DNA from: Squalus acanthias
Taxonomy: Eukaryota
Length of the DNA: 64,000 nt
Direction of reading: 5' to 3'
Assembly (NCBI GenBank): GCA_030390025.1
Contig: CM059432.1
Coordinates: 14,572,001-14,636,000, forward strand
Shown here: positions 10,719-23,571 of the stretch, piece after piece
How the letters are laid out: each line of letters opens with the position of its first letter
Position numbering within the stretch: the first letter of the stretch is position 1
Notes under the pieces: generated by a model
Database searches by the model: none
Seen by the model: only the letters and a program-made list of their open reading frames with translations
What the model was told of the DNA's origin: nothing
Made by a program: the position numbers and the translations under genes

Positions 10719-12529
10719 TCTTTCTCTTAATATATTTATGAAAACTTTTTCTGTTAGCTTTAATATCCTTTGCAAGTCTTCTTCATACTACCTTCACGCA
10801 CCACTTACTACTTTTGTTGTATCCCTTTGTTGCTTTTTAGCTCTCCCAGTCCACTGGATTTCCACTTTTCGTTACATTTGCGTAAGCCTTTTTTTCAGCT
10901 TGATATTGTCTCTTACCTCATATGTTAACCATGGTTGTTAACTAAACGAGTGGAGCACCCAGGCTGTAGTCAGTGTCAAAGAATACCTTAAGTAATAGCT
11001 AACTGTCTAGTGTCTGGTTTCAGAGCAGCACTGGGTGCAGGCCGCTATGCTACTTTATTTAAATGCAACCGCCCATAGTATGGAGACGGCCAGGAGAAAA
11101 AAGGGAGTGTTACCCTCAAGAATGAAAGTCAGTGTTAGCGCTGGTGAAGAGATGAGCAAACAAGAGGAACCTTTTTTCCACGTTCAAAATGTGATAGGGG
11201 GAGGAAAAGGATTAGAATCCTGAAGTTTGCTTTGCTGATAGTGAAAATGAATTGGGAATCTTTAATTAGCAATGGCTGCACATCATAACACATGGAAGTA
11301 AGTGGGGAAAATAATAGCTGTGGTTTTGACTGGGGGCGAGGAGAAAGGATGGGGCCAGTGGGATGAGCGTCAGGCTTGCCCAGACTCACCGACATTTTAA
11401 TTCCCAGGCCTCATATAAATATCCCAGGTCTGGCAGTCAGATAAGTGGTGGTGATTGGCGGGGGTTGGGGGGGGGAGGGGAGGTGGGGGTTGGCAATTGC
11501 AGTCAAGGGAGGGAAAACCAGGGCTCTAGGTTTCCTTGTGGGCCCGGAGGGGCATCCCGCTCCTCTTGGCCCACGGGAAAACATAGAAACATAGAAGATA
11601 GGAGCAGGAGTAGGCCATTCGGCCCCTCGAGCCTGCTCCGCCATTCAATGAGATCATGGCTGATCATCCAAATTCAGTACCCTGTCCCTGCCTTTTCCCC
11701 ATATCCCTTGATCCCTTTAGCCTTAAGAAACCCTTTCAAAAAATGTATTGACCTTTTCGGTGTTCTTCTGGTCCTGCTTCTTCTTTACGCCTAGTGCTCC
11801 TAGCGAGCTCGGCACCGGCCGCAAAGCCCGTAGTTAAAATATAGTCAGGGTTTGAATGACGTAATCAGAGCCTGACTTTACAATTACACAGAGGCCCTTG
11901 CCTGCCTGGAGGTGGTTAGGATCGCTCTTGTTGTCGATGGTCATTGCCTGACACTTGTGTGGTGTGAAAGTTACTTGTCACTTATCGGCCCAAACCTGGA
12001 TGTTGTCCAGGTCTTGCTGTATGGGGGGCCTGGACTGCTTCATTATCTGAGGAATTACGAATGTAGCTGAACACTGTGCAATCGTCAGTGAACAGCCTCA
12101 CTGCTGACCTTCTGTTGGAGGGAAGGTCATTGATGAAGCAGTTGAAGGTAGTTGGGCCGAGGACTCTGCTCTGAGGAACTCCTGCAGCGATATCCTGCAG
12201 CCGAGAAGCTTTTGAACAACCTGCTGAAAAATTGAATGCCTGGTCTAAAAACAGATAGGTGAATTTACTTATTCTGGTCCACCAGCAATTAAAGCAACGA
12301 GGCAGATTCTAAATAACTCAGAAATCCCACTTTCACAGTCTGCTTTTCCACAATTGGGGAAAATCATTGTTTTGATTTTTTTAAGGTTTGTCATTTGCTT
12401 GCCACAATCTGTTTCATACCGTTTAATGAAACAAGAAAGCTCCAGTGTACTTTGAATTTAATGCTATCAAAAATATTGTACTTAACTACCATGTACGGTA
12501 TTTAATTATTGATGTATTTAAACTAAAAA

Positions 12530-12850
12530 GAAAGACTTGCATTTATATAGCGCCTTTCATGACCTTAGGGCGTCCCAAAGCGCTTTACAGCCAATGAAGT
12601 ACTTTTTGAAGTGCAGTCACTGTTGTAATGTAGGAAAAGCGGCAGCCAATTTGCGCACAGCAAGCTCCCACAAACAGCAATGTGATAATGAGCAGATAAT
12701 CTGTTTTAGTGATGTTGGTTAAGATATAAATATTGGCCAGGGCACCGGGGAGAACTCCCCCTGCTCTTCTTCGAAATAGTGCCATGGGAACTTTTACGTC
12801 CACCTGAGAGAGAGCAGACTGGGCCTCGGTTTAACGTCTCATCCAAAAGA
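12530..12850 (-). mobile_element. Deu-domain SINE, 5'-truncated
   Basis: Matches the 3' two-thirds of the SINE at 22727-23170. Confidence 0.8.
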
Positions 12851-12888
12851 TTTTAAACTAATGACATGCAATACTCAATAAATGTTAC

Positions 12889-12973
12889 TTAATTATAAAA
12901 TTCTATTGCACAGAAGTGCACATATTCACATTCTATTGCTGATTTGGTCTGTGATGCCTGGAGATGTGTCAAC
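12889..12973 (-). CDS. Candidate terminal coding exon of the THEMIS-family gene
   Basis: Strong acceptor TTTTATCTTTTCCAG|G at 12974. Phase 0 gives VDTSPGITDQISNRM*; phase 2 gives LTHLQASQTKSAIECEYVHFCAIEFYN*. No homology recognised. Confidence 0.3.
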
Positions 12974-14561
12974 CTGGAAAAGATAAAATGAACAGTGGAT
13001 TTTTAACACTCAGAGGAAAAAAAACTATGTTTAATATTTGCTTTGAACAGTCGAGGTAATTTAAAGCCAGTCCTACATTTTGCTTTCTTGAAACACCACC
13101 CCTTTCACACAGGTGGTTTGAGATAAATGTTCTGCAATTTTCTGCAGTCATGTAAGTGCGTTTTTGATAGCAGTTCAGCAGTCTAAAAGATAAATGATAC
13201 AAGTGCGCTTGTTAGCATGGATAAGGATTGGGTCAGAGCATTAACCTTCCCGTTGATTTATTTCAGTTAATTTAAGCAACGTTTAAACCTTTAAATATTT
13301 ATTCACAATGCTTAACCGTTCCCGATGGACCCATAAAAGTGCCAGTATTCCTTCTGTTTACATTACAGAATTTGCATTAGAAATATGTCCAGAGCAATAA
13401 ACAATCCTGGTCCAGCAAGCCTCCACTTTAAAAGTGTTCACGTATAAATCTTCTCTGAGTGGATTATTAATTTTTAGACAGCTGGTAGATCCTGGGAAAT
13501 TCCAGACTCCCTCTGCCAGCCATTAAAAAAAAAATTCAGCTCATGAACGCTGATGCTGAAACACTTTAATATTGAGGTGTTTTTATATTGCCTGGCACCT
13601 GTTCCAGTGCAGCCGGCTCATGTGGCACAGGTCTTGCATAGTCAGCTTCAAACAGAATGAAAAAACTGTAGTAACTCACTCAGAAGATCCTTTTTCAGCA
13701 GGGTCACTAGTCTTAGTGAGTCTCATCTGAGCAAGGGGTCTTGCTCCTCAGGAACCAGCTACACCGGCGCGGGTCATGCGCAGTTTAAAAAGTATCTTTA
13801 GATAATGAAGCTATTCACAAGCAATATTAACCATAAGCCACGCCAATAAAGGATAAAAAGGCAATTTGAAATAAATGAAGTCATTTGAACACTTTGCTAC
13901 TGCTGACCTTGACCTAGAAATTCGATCGCGCCGGGCCCGGTTTTCAGGCATATAATGGGTGCCTAAGGGCCCAATATGGCGGGCAGCCCGTGCGCGCCCA
14001 TCCCACGCCAGAGGCTCGCTGCCCGCCAGATTGGATTGGACACCCCCTAGGCGTCCACGGCGGGTACCAAAAGCGTTCAGAAATATCATTAACATATTTA
14101 AGTAAGGGCCCTGCACTTGCTGCATGACCCTTTTGTGAATTTAGTCTGCCCCAGCGCCAGTGATAAACTCACCCAACACCTCATGGTGCTAACAATCAGG
14201 AAGGACCCTGCATGCAGTGCTATTTAAAGGGATCATCCTCTCTATACAGGTTAGTTGCTGGTTTGTCCACTTAGGCTGTTAATTATCTTCTGGACCTTTT
14301 TTTTTGGTTATTTTCTGTGTTGCACAAGTGAATTCTGACATCTGGTAACAAATTTGTGCTGGTGCTGGACTGCTTTTGTCTGTTTGGAAAGAGTTTATTC
14401 TAGTCGTGGGTGGTCTGGGAGATCCGTCTTTCTGGTTGGAAGAGGAAGGGGAGCAGCGAAAAAGCTAGGAGCGAGCAAGAAGAGGGAGGAGGAGGAGAAG
14501 GGCACTGCGCAGGAGGCCATACCCACAGCAGGTCTTCAGGGAGCAACTTTCCTACCTTAAC

Positions 14562-14801
14562 CGAGGAAATACTTTTTACGCAGCGAGTGATTAGGATCTG
14601 GAATGCACTGCCTGAAAGGGTGGTGGAGGCAGATTCAATCGTTGCATTCAAAAGGGAATTGGATAAGTACCCGAAGGAAAAAAATTTGCAGGGCTACGGG
14701 GAAAGGGCGGGGGAGTGGGACTAGCTGAAGTGCTCTTGCAGAGAGCTGGCTCAACGGGCCAAATGGCCTCCTTCTCTGCTGTAACCATTCTATGATTCCA
14801 T
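14562..14801 (+). mobile_element. CR1 3' end inserted in the Harbinger transposase
   Basis: LFTQRVIRIWNALPERVVEADSIVAFKRELDKY plus tail; same family as 1882-2170. Confidence 0.85.
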
Positions 14802-15654
14802 GGGGGAGTAATTCGGTATCGCCCCATTTGGGGCGCAATTATCGGCCGGGCGCAAAGTTTAGCGCCTGGCGCTAATTATCGCCCCTGAAGCTTGACTTTT
14901 ATCGCCCCTGGAGGTGATTGGAGCGCTAAATCAGGCGCTACACACCTCTCTTAAGGTGCTGACGCCGAGGAGCGAGGCGCTACCTTTTATGAGCTGGCGA
15001 AGCTCATGTGATGTCAGTCAGCAATGGAACATACTGGTGCCGGCCAGTTCTTAAAGGGGAGGGTCGATCTTGCTCTCCATCCACATCCTGCTCATTGCAG
15101 CCTTGAATCTCGGCCTGGAGAGACCTGTACATAAAATCTGCTGGAAAGAACAATGGAGAGGCCCAGGGAAAGAGCTCAGAGTGCAGCCCTCATAGTCTCT
15201 TCTAAATTGATGCAAGGAAGGTCAAATCAAAATGAACCTGCAAAGTGCTGCTCAGTACCCAAAACTCCTTCACACAGCGCTGAATCTCTCCAGAAGTCTC
15301 TCTCTCTCTCACAGAATGCGTGGTGCAAAAATGTCACCGACAAAAAAAGGCAGGAAGCGATTGCCTTTAAATAGCGCTCCCCAGACCCTTCCCAACTGCA
15401 AAACGTTCTCCTCAACCTGTCATTGCTGGCGGCAGGCGGTATGGCAGGGGGCGCCACTCAATATCCGGTCCGGGGCGCTACCGGGGCATTGCACGCGCGA
15501 CTGATGTCACGATCTGCCGGCGCAGGAGATCGTGGCGGTAGTGTTTAGCACCGCCGCAAAATGTCTGGTCAATTTCGTGAGCGGCGCAAACATCGCCCCG
15601 CCCAGGGCGCTTAAGGCGCTAACGGGAGGCGCAAAGCAACCAAATTTTTCCCCC
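14802..15654 (+). mobile_element. Non-autonomous Harbinger-like element (MITE family 1)
   Basis: TIRs GGGGGAGTAATTCGGT / ACCAAATTTTTCCCCC; CAT/TAT flanks; near full-length paralogue at 47599-48490. Confidence 0.8.
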
Positions 15655-17283
15655 TATGATTCTAACTTCACCATGGAGCAATGGGTCAGGCGCCTTCACT
15701 TCAAGAAGGCTACCACCGAGTTATGTCACCTGCTGCAGCCACAACTCGAGCCTCAAACTAGGTAATGGACAGCACTGCCTGTGGCTGATAAGGTCACCAT
15801 GGCTCTTAACTTCTATGCCACTGGATTTTTCTGGGCTGGAGCAGGTGACATCAGTGACATCTCACAGCTTGCTGTGCACCGCTGTATCAGGGAGGTGGCC
15901 AAGGCTCTCCATATCAGGAGGAACACCTACATTACTTAATGGACAGAGTGAAGCAGGGCGAGAGAGAGCACTAGGCTTTGCGCATATTGCAGGCTTCCCC
16001 AGGGTCCAAGGTGCCATAGACTGCACCCACATTGCCCTACGTGATTTCTTAGCAGACTGGCACCTTTCTCAATAGAAAGGGATACCAGTTCCTGAATGTG
16101 CAGCTTGTTTGCGATCACAGGTGGAGCATCATGCAGTTCTGTGCCCGATTTCATCCTGAGCCAGTCCTCTGTGCCGCCTTTATTCCAACCAGGCCATCAG
16201 GTCACAGGCTGGCTACTTGGCAACAAGGGTTATCTCCTCCTGACAGAGTTATGACTCCTGTTAGAAACCTGAGCACAGATGCAGTGCATGCCTACAATGA
16301 GAGCCATGTTGCCACTAGTAATATCATTGAGCAGATCGTCAGTGTGCTCAAGCAACGCTTTGGCTGCTCGTTCGGGAGGAGCCTTGCAGTTCACTCCTGA
16401 CCGTGTTTCCAGCTTCATGATGGCATGCTGCATAACTTTGCTGTACTGAGGGATCGGGCCTTATATGAGCAGGAAGAAGTGGAGGAGGAGGAAGAGGAGG
16501 AGGAGGCAGAGCAGGAACAGCATCGACCACCAGGGCCCCAAGCTGCCAGAGCTCTGAGAGAGCAAGTGATCCAAGAGCACTCCACATGAACCATCTCTCC
16601 AATCCTCAATACATCAACAGTCCTGCAATCCTTATCACCACTGTCCTAACTACAACCATCCGATTGCCTTCCTTCAGTCCAGCCTCCTGGGTCTTGGCCT
16701 CAAATGTTTGTAAATATGAACACCAATTACAAATCAAGAAAAAGAAACTTTAGGGTCAATTTGAATTGCCCCACCCTCCCCCACTCGGCGGGAATGGTGC
16801 AGGCGGGGGAAGGAGCTTGCGCCGTGTTTCTGCCTCCGACCATGTTAACGTGCCTGAATTGAGGTGGAACCTCCATTATCCATGCTCCAATTTTTTTTCA
16901 CCTTTTTGATTATCCACCAGAATTTTGATGGAGCAAAACAAGACATCACCTCACCGGTCATCTTGCCAGCGCAAATCTCCTGTTTAACATAAATCAACCT
17001 CACTATATTGTACTGCCTTCATTCTCCTGCTTATTGTATCATATGAATAAGAACAACATTTTGGACTTTCAATTATCCACCAAATTAACACTATTGACCG
17101 GGAGAGTCTCCATTGGACCATGGATAATAGAGGTTCCACCAATCTCAAAAGACTATATTTGCACTACCTAAAAGCACTTTAAATACATTTATAGCAAATT
17201 TTAAATGAGACTCCACTCATTGCTGGTGCAGCATACAACATCAACATTCCTAGTATAGTACTTTGGACCCTTAATACACATAC

Positions 17284-18380
17284 CTCATCATGAACAAGAA
17301 GAGAAGGACCAGTGTGGATATTTTTCTTTGTCATTTTGGGTGGGATTGGAGGGGTTTGAATTTGACCACGCGATGCAATACTACTTCCAGGTTTGGGAGG
17401 TAGCGGGGGAGGTACAGTATGACCATCGTAATCTTTAAGCAACACATAGTCATCAGCTGATAAAAGTTCAATAGTTTTGGATGGTGGCAGATTCATTGCT
17501 TGCTCACCAGTGGAAGGTGACTCTTCGCTCATTATCGCCACCAGCACATTCACAAGCTCAACAGGTATTTCAAAGGGTTCGGCTGAAGTATGGTTACTCT
17601 TAGCAACAAGATAGTTCATGTTAACTTCACCATCAACCCTCAGGTCATTTATACCAAACAGAAGATCACTTGCAAGGGACCGGTCTTTAGCAATCACTTT
17701 TACACGGCATGGAGGATGGTGGTGGGCCAGGAGCTCCTTGATGGTGTACTTTGCTCTGTCTTTTAAAACTTCCCAAAATGGCCCCATTGCATACATTGGT
17801 AGGTTGACTATCTCTTGTGTGGAGATGTTTTCACATTCCAGAACATGTATGGTTTGCAGCTGCATCCCAACAAATGTAGAAATATTTCCAGGCTTGACTG
17901 TACGGAATTGGTCCCCTGTTGTAAATGAAGATAACCCTTCTAGATCTGCAGCATAGCATTTTGTAGCAATTACTTCGATCACTCCCTCTGTCTTCCTTGC
18001 AAGTTCTAAATCATAAACTGTTTGGAATGTTCTCGGAGTCCTCTGCAAGATACCGTGATAGGTCCAAGGAACAAGAAAATGTTTCTTGGCAGAGTGCTGT
18101 GAGATCTCTGTGACGAGATAATTTTTCACTTCTGCTCTTTTCAAGATTGTGAGGCACTTTCCAACTTCAAAATATGTTGCGTTACTTTTGTGACTGGTTG
18201 CAATGCGGCTGTTTTTGTCCCTGGCGTCTACAATTCGAACAGTCAAAGGAAACTTGTCACTCGGCATGGTGTAAATGTCTTCCAAGTAAACTAGTGCAGC
18301 AGAAGGGTTGTGAGTCACTCCATCCGTGATATCAACTATTTCGAAATCTAGTTGCGCTGGGATCATAGTTTCTACTCCTC
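17284..18380 (-). CDS. THEMIS3: THEMIS-family (THEMIS3-like) exon 4: end of CABIT1, CABIT2 and proline-rich region
   Basis: GGVETMIPAQLDFEIVDITD...KHFLVPWTYHGILQRTPRTFQTVYDLELA...VLECENISTQEIVNLPMYAMGPFWEV...PCRVKVIAKDRSL...PFEIPV...PPPLPPKP aligns by eye with THEMIS exon 4. Acceptor ACTAG|GA at 18381, donor GAG|GTATGT at 17283; 1097 nt, open, phase 1 to 0. Paralogue assignment rests mainly on RAB12 adjacency. Confidence 0.88.
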
Positions 18381-19944
18381 CTAGTCAGGAAACAGGCTCA
18401 AATTACAAAAGGAAACACATGACCTCAATTTAGGTTATACACAGCAAGTGAGAGTTGTTCGAAGGAACTTTTGTAGAGCACTGGGGTAATGTTAACAAGC
18501 TGACGTGTGAGTTGCTTTGCAAAATAAGGGAGTTTGCCAGAAATGCAGAGTCATCATAATTGATTATTTCAATTAATAGTTAATGACTGTAATATTTAAA
18601 GAATGTTTGTGCTGATGGAGCTGAGGAATGTTATAGTTGGGAAATGGAACAACTTTCCACATTTGGACACCAGTGTCAGCACCAAGCATATTCATATCAG
18701 GAGTAGGACAGGTCACATGCAAAAAAGATCTCTCTACTTTACCCCTAACGGTGAGTCTTAATTGCAACCTCAGAAAATTGCCCTACTCTATTTTTATTTC
18801 CCACATCCCCATGCCTTTTCTGAGTGAAGTTGTTAATTTTGCACCAGTTGGTACCAAATTAGGAGCAGTTTTGTGCTGTATCTTAGACCCTTTAGGAAAT
18901 GCCCACACTTATTACAGCTAGCAGGGAAAGCAGACTGTTCTATCATTCCGGTCTGGATTCACATCTGGATCCCAGAGGTGAATGGATAGCGTGGAAACTC
19001 ACTTTTGATGTAGTCTAATACCACTTTTTGGCACAGCAGGTTCTTCAGCCCAAGGCATATGTCACATTAAATTTAACTAATAATTATAAACCAGCGGGGG
19101 GAGGTGTGTGGAAACATTCAGGCATAACCGACCTAAAGATTATTAGGTATTGTGTACAGCTGAGGATTAAAACCCAAGAAAAGTCGAATTTAATTACTGG
19201 ACTTCAGAAGAGCAAGGGTGAGACCTTGGCCTTGAATTTCCACGAGGCTGGTCCCAATCTCCTGCCATGACTTCATTGGTAGAACCCCTGGAGAAACACC
19301 CTAAATGGCCGTTTGCAGCCATTTCTCTGAGGGTTCCGTCGATCTTCTCACAGCACCCAAGCTGAGCATCGGACAGCAACTCATTGAGTAGGTGTTGCTT
19401 GATGGCGATATTGATTCCACCCTCCATCATTGTGCTAATGCGATTGGGAGGAGGCTGATGGGGCAGTAATTGGCCAGGTTAGATTTGTCCTACTTTTTTG
19501 TGGCTAGAACATACCTTGCAAGAAGTTCTGTGAAAGAAATTAGTTATTGAAACCATGAGGTGGTGTTACTTTCCTCATTTATACTGCCGTGTTCCCTCTG
19601 TACTAAGCATGGGGCATAGAACCTTTGAACCAGCAGAGAGAGAATTCACTGTGTAATGAAATTGAGCCCAGTTCCCAATGGTGATTGGGGTAATTTTACC
19701 AGCCCAGAGTTTCCAATATCTACTGCTGGCACTAAAGACTTGCACTATTACTCCAATTGTGGTAACTCATTGTATCACCCAATCTCCAAAAACTGCTCTA
19801 TTACCACATATTTAAAAATATATCTTTATAATAAAATTTGGTAGGTGGGTCATCACATTCCATTACAAAGTGCATTGTCAACCTCTGTCAATGGGCTAAT
19901 TCATTATCGAAAAAAGTGTCCACGTTAACCTGCAATACCCATTG

Positions 19945-20490
19945 CTGCCTCCGCAAGATCCTGCAAATCCATTGGCAGGATAGGCGCACCAACATCAGTG
20001 TTCTTGCTCAGGCCAACATCCCCAGCATCGAAGCTTTGACCACACTCGATCAGCTCCGATGGACGGGTCACATTGTCCACATGCCCGATACGAAACAAGC
20101 GCTCTACTCAGAGCTCCGGCACAGCAAGAGAGCCCCAGGTGGGCAGAGGAAACGCTTCAAGGACACCCTCAAAGCCTCCTTGAAAAAGTGTAACATCCCC
20201 ACCGACACCTGGGAATCCCTGGCCCAAGACCGCACAAAGTGGAGGAGAAGCATCCGGGAAGGCGCCGAACACCTTGAGTCTCTTCGCCGGGAGCAAGCGG
20301 AAGCCAAGCACAGGCAGCGCAAGGAGCGCACGTCAACCCAAGCACCCCACCCACCTGCCCCTTCAACCACCGTCTGCCCCACCTGTGACAGAGACTGTAG
20401 GTCCCACATTGGACTCATCAGTCACCTGAGAACTCATTTTTAATGTGGAAGCAAGTCATCCTCGGTTCCGAGGGACTGCCTAAGAAGAAG
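19945..20490 (+). mobile_element. RTE-clade LINE 3' end
   Basis: CLRKILQIHWQDRRTNISVL...QLRWTGHIVHMPD...GGQRKRFKDTLKASLK...WESLAQDRTKWR, then C2H2-like CPTCDRDCRSHIGLISHLRTH; short (AAG)n tail. Confidence 0.88.
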
Positions 20491-21540
20491 ACTGTGATTG
20501 GAGATTTCAATGTTAAATGTTGTGGTTATGTCTATGACTGGGAATTTCCTTGGAGCTGCTCCTGCTACGCATGTAAACAGGGTTTCCGCTGCACTTCCGA
20601 CAAAGTTACAGCGACAGAGTGAGAGCAGCTCCGAGGGAATTCCCGGCCTATGCATCTTTGAGAAAAACTGGGCCAGTAAAACTGGGAAAAATTCAGGAAC
20701 AGTAAAAAGTGGGGGGGAAAAAAAACAGGGTCACTACATTAGATCACCCAATCGTATCCCATGTAGGACTTAAAACTGAGACCATAGAGAAGGCTTACAT
20801 CCTATCAGTTTTGGTTGGTTTTGAACTAGTCCCAAGCATCCTCCAGCAAAATGTGTTGTATCACAGAGGTTTTATATTCAGGAGTAGTATAGCAAGGAGG
20901 TACAGGCAGGGATTTTGCAATTTGGATTACTTGATTATTGTGCTAATGGTAATGGGGAGAAGGCCGATATGGCAGTAATTGGCCAGGTTAGATTTGTCCT
21001 GCTTTTCACATCAGATTAAACAAGTGCAGAATGTAATTTCGAAATCATGCCCATTTGAAGTAGGTGTTCAAGGGTGCTAAGAACCAGTAATATAAAGTTA
21101 GGGATCATTAAAATTATTTGTTTCTGATTTCCACTGTATATTCCTGGATTTTTTTCAGTCTGAGGGATTGGTTAAAATGATTCCCTCCTGATTAAAAAGC
21201 TTAAATTTCTAGTAGACTTTGTGCTAAAAATTGGATCCCGAGGTGAACAAGCGTTACATTTGTGATGTTATGGCGGGAGCATCTCAGGGCCCGATTTTCA
21301 GTGCCAAATCCTCTCAAGCGAGAATTGTCTTGAGGACTTGAGGGGAGTTCAGATTTACACAGCAGTGAGAGTTGGAGCTCAGTTAACAGATTTGTTCTCA
21401 GTCAACAAGGATATTGAGCAGAACGGGCTTTTTTTTTTGTAAAGGAAAATGTTCTTCAACTTGGTTTTTACTCTCTTCTGGGTTTGTGATTCTTAAAGTG
21501 AATACATTTGTTTTTAAAAATCACTGTCCAATTCTATTTA

Positions 21541-22124
21541 TTAGTGAGACCACATCTTGAGTATTGTGTGCAGTTTTGGTCGCCTTATCTGAGGAAGGAG
21601 GTTCTTGCCATGGAAGGAGTTCAGCGAAGATTCACCAGGCTGATACCTGGGATGGCAGGAATGACGTACGAGGAGAGATTGGGTCGATTGGGCTTATACT
21701 CGCTGGAGTTTAGAAGAATGAGAGGGGATCTCATTGAAACTTATAAAATTCTGACAGGACTGCACAGACTAGATGCAGGAAGGATGTTCCCGATGGTCGG
21801 GGAGTCCAGAACCAGGGGTCACAGTCTAAGGATAAGGGGTAAGCCATTTAGGACAGAAATGAGGAGGAATTTCTTCACCCAGAGAGTGGTGAACCTGTGG
21901 AATTCTCTACCACAGAAGGCAGTAGAGGCCAATTCATTAAATAAATTCAAGAAGGAGTTGGATATATTTCTTAAGGCTAAAGGGATCAAGGGATATGGGG
22001 AGAAAGCAGGGACAGGGTTCTGAATTTGGATGATCAGCCATGATCGCATTGAATGGCGGAGCAGGCTAGAGGGGCTGAATGGCCTACTCCTGCTCCTATC
22101 TTCTATGTTTCTATGTTTCTATGT
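21541..22124 (+). mobile_element. CR1 LINE 3' fragment
   Basis: LVRPHLEYCVQFWSPYL...LEFRRMRGDLIETYKIL...FFTQRVVNLWNSLP; (TTCTATGT)n tail. Confidence 0.92.
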
Positions 22125-22726
22125 ACCTTTTCGCTCCACATTATGAGGTCATTTGAAAATTGCTTTTTTTAATTCATTATGGGTTATATTGTACATTAAC
22201 AATTTTGCATGAGTATTAAAGAGGAGGGTAAAAAAGGAACAAAAGGTTAATGTGGGAAATCAGTGTTTCACTTAAATAACCCAAGTATAGCGAGGAGTTA
22301 CACTGCGCTTGACTTTATGCATAAATAGATTATTGGCCCAGTAAAAAGCTCATGTTCTTGCTCACAACAGTGTCGACCTTAAAGGTGTTTCAAACCCCCT
22401 GCTTAATTCCTCGATTGGTAACGATGTTCGAAACAAAAACTGATTTTTAACCAATTAAAAAAAAAATTTATCCAGTTTTTTTTGGGAGGAGGTCCAATTA
22501 TTTCCCAGATTTTCTCCTGGTTTTTGACACTAAAAATAGAACCTGAAAAATTCACAAAAAAACCCAAGCTTTTTCTAAAATCGGCCATGAAAGCCGACTT
22601 TAATTATCTTTACGTTAAGGTAAGTATTTCAGCGCTTTCTTAACCACTTTTCTTCATTTTTTGCTTTTTTCCCCCAGTGGCACTTAGGTTCTCATGGTCC
22701 TTTTTTTTCGTTTTATAACACTCCTG

Positions 22727-23170
22727 TGTCAGCTGTGGCTCAGTGGGTAGCACACTCGCCTCTAGAGTCAGAAGGTTGTGGCTTCATAGTCCCGCTCCAG
22801 GGACCTAAGCACATAAAGCTAGGCTGACAGTCCAGTGGAGTACTGAGGGAGTGCTGCGCTGTCTTTCGGATGAGACGTTAAACCGAGGCCCTGTCTGCTC
22901 TCTCTCTCAGGTGGATGTAAAAGATCCCACGGCACTATTTCGAAGAAAAGCAGGGGAGTTATCCCTGGTGTCTCTCAATCAACGTAACAAAAAAACAGAT
23001 TATCTGGTCATTATCACGTTGCTGTTTGTGGGAGCTTGCTGTGCGCAAATTGGCTGCTGCGTTTCCCACATTACAACAGTGACTGCACTTCAAAAATACT
23101 TCATTGGCTGTAAAGCGCTTTGAGACGTCCGGTGGTCGTGAAAGGCACTATAGAAATGGGAGTTTTTCTT
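22727..23170 (+). mobile_element. Near full-length tRNA-headed Deu-domain SINE (SacSINE1-like)
   Basis: Head GTGGCTCAGTGGGTAGCAC (A-box-like) and GGCTTCATAGTCCC (B-box-like); central domain and tail shared by at least seven copies in the window. Confidence 0.8.
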
Positions 23171-23571
23171 TGTGAAGCGCCTTGGGCCATTTTACTACGT
23201 TAAAGTCGCTATATAAATATAATTTGTTCTTATTGTTGTAATCAACTCCAATTTTTATTTGTTGCTCCAGGCACTATTACTGGCATAACTGTGTTTCCCA
23301 ATGGGAATTCTGTTTGAGATGCTTTGAAGAAGAGGAACTCCAGGCAGACCAGGCTGCATGGAAAGTGCTCTGCACCCACCACACAGCTCCCCCTTCACAC
23401 ACACCCAAATCTGCAGCTAGAGTTATACATAATTAAGATTAAAAATGCTTACTTTGGAAAATTGGGAGCAAGGAACACACTCCCATTTGTGCCATTGCAA
23501 AAACCTGTTTCAGGTATAAACTATATCGGAAAGTCCAGATGTGTGTGAGAAAATGACTCACAACCACTAAC

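Larger units (their letters stand above)
13915..16700 (+). mobile_element. Decayed PIF/Harbinger transposon (HARBI1-like transposase relic), interrupted by a CR1 tail and a MITE
   Basis: RRPYPQQVFREQLSYLN (~14510-14560) resumes as FTMEQWVRRLHF (~15667); then GFAHIAGFPRVQGAIDCTHIAL, VQLVCDH, AYNESHVATSNIIEQIVSVLKQRFGC and an acidic tail; many frameshifts. Confidence 0.8.

Noticed and set aside
17179..17283. Tail of the 395-aa ORF (VCVLRVQST...)
   Set aside because: Follows a consensus donor GAG|GTATGT at a THEMIS-like phase-0 position; probably intronic, though read-through cannot be excluded.
22727..22810. tRNA-like sequence (also at the other SINE heads)
   Set aside because: It is the tRNA-derived head of a SINE, not a tRNA gene.
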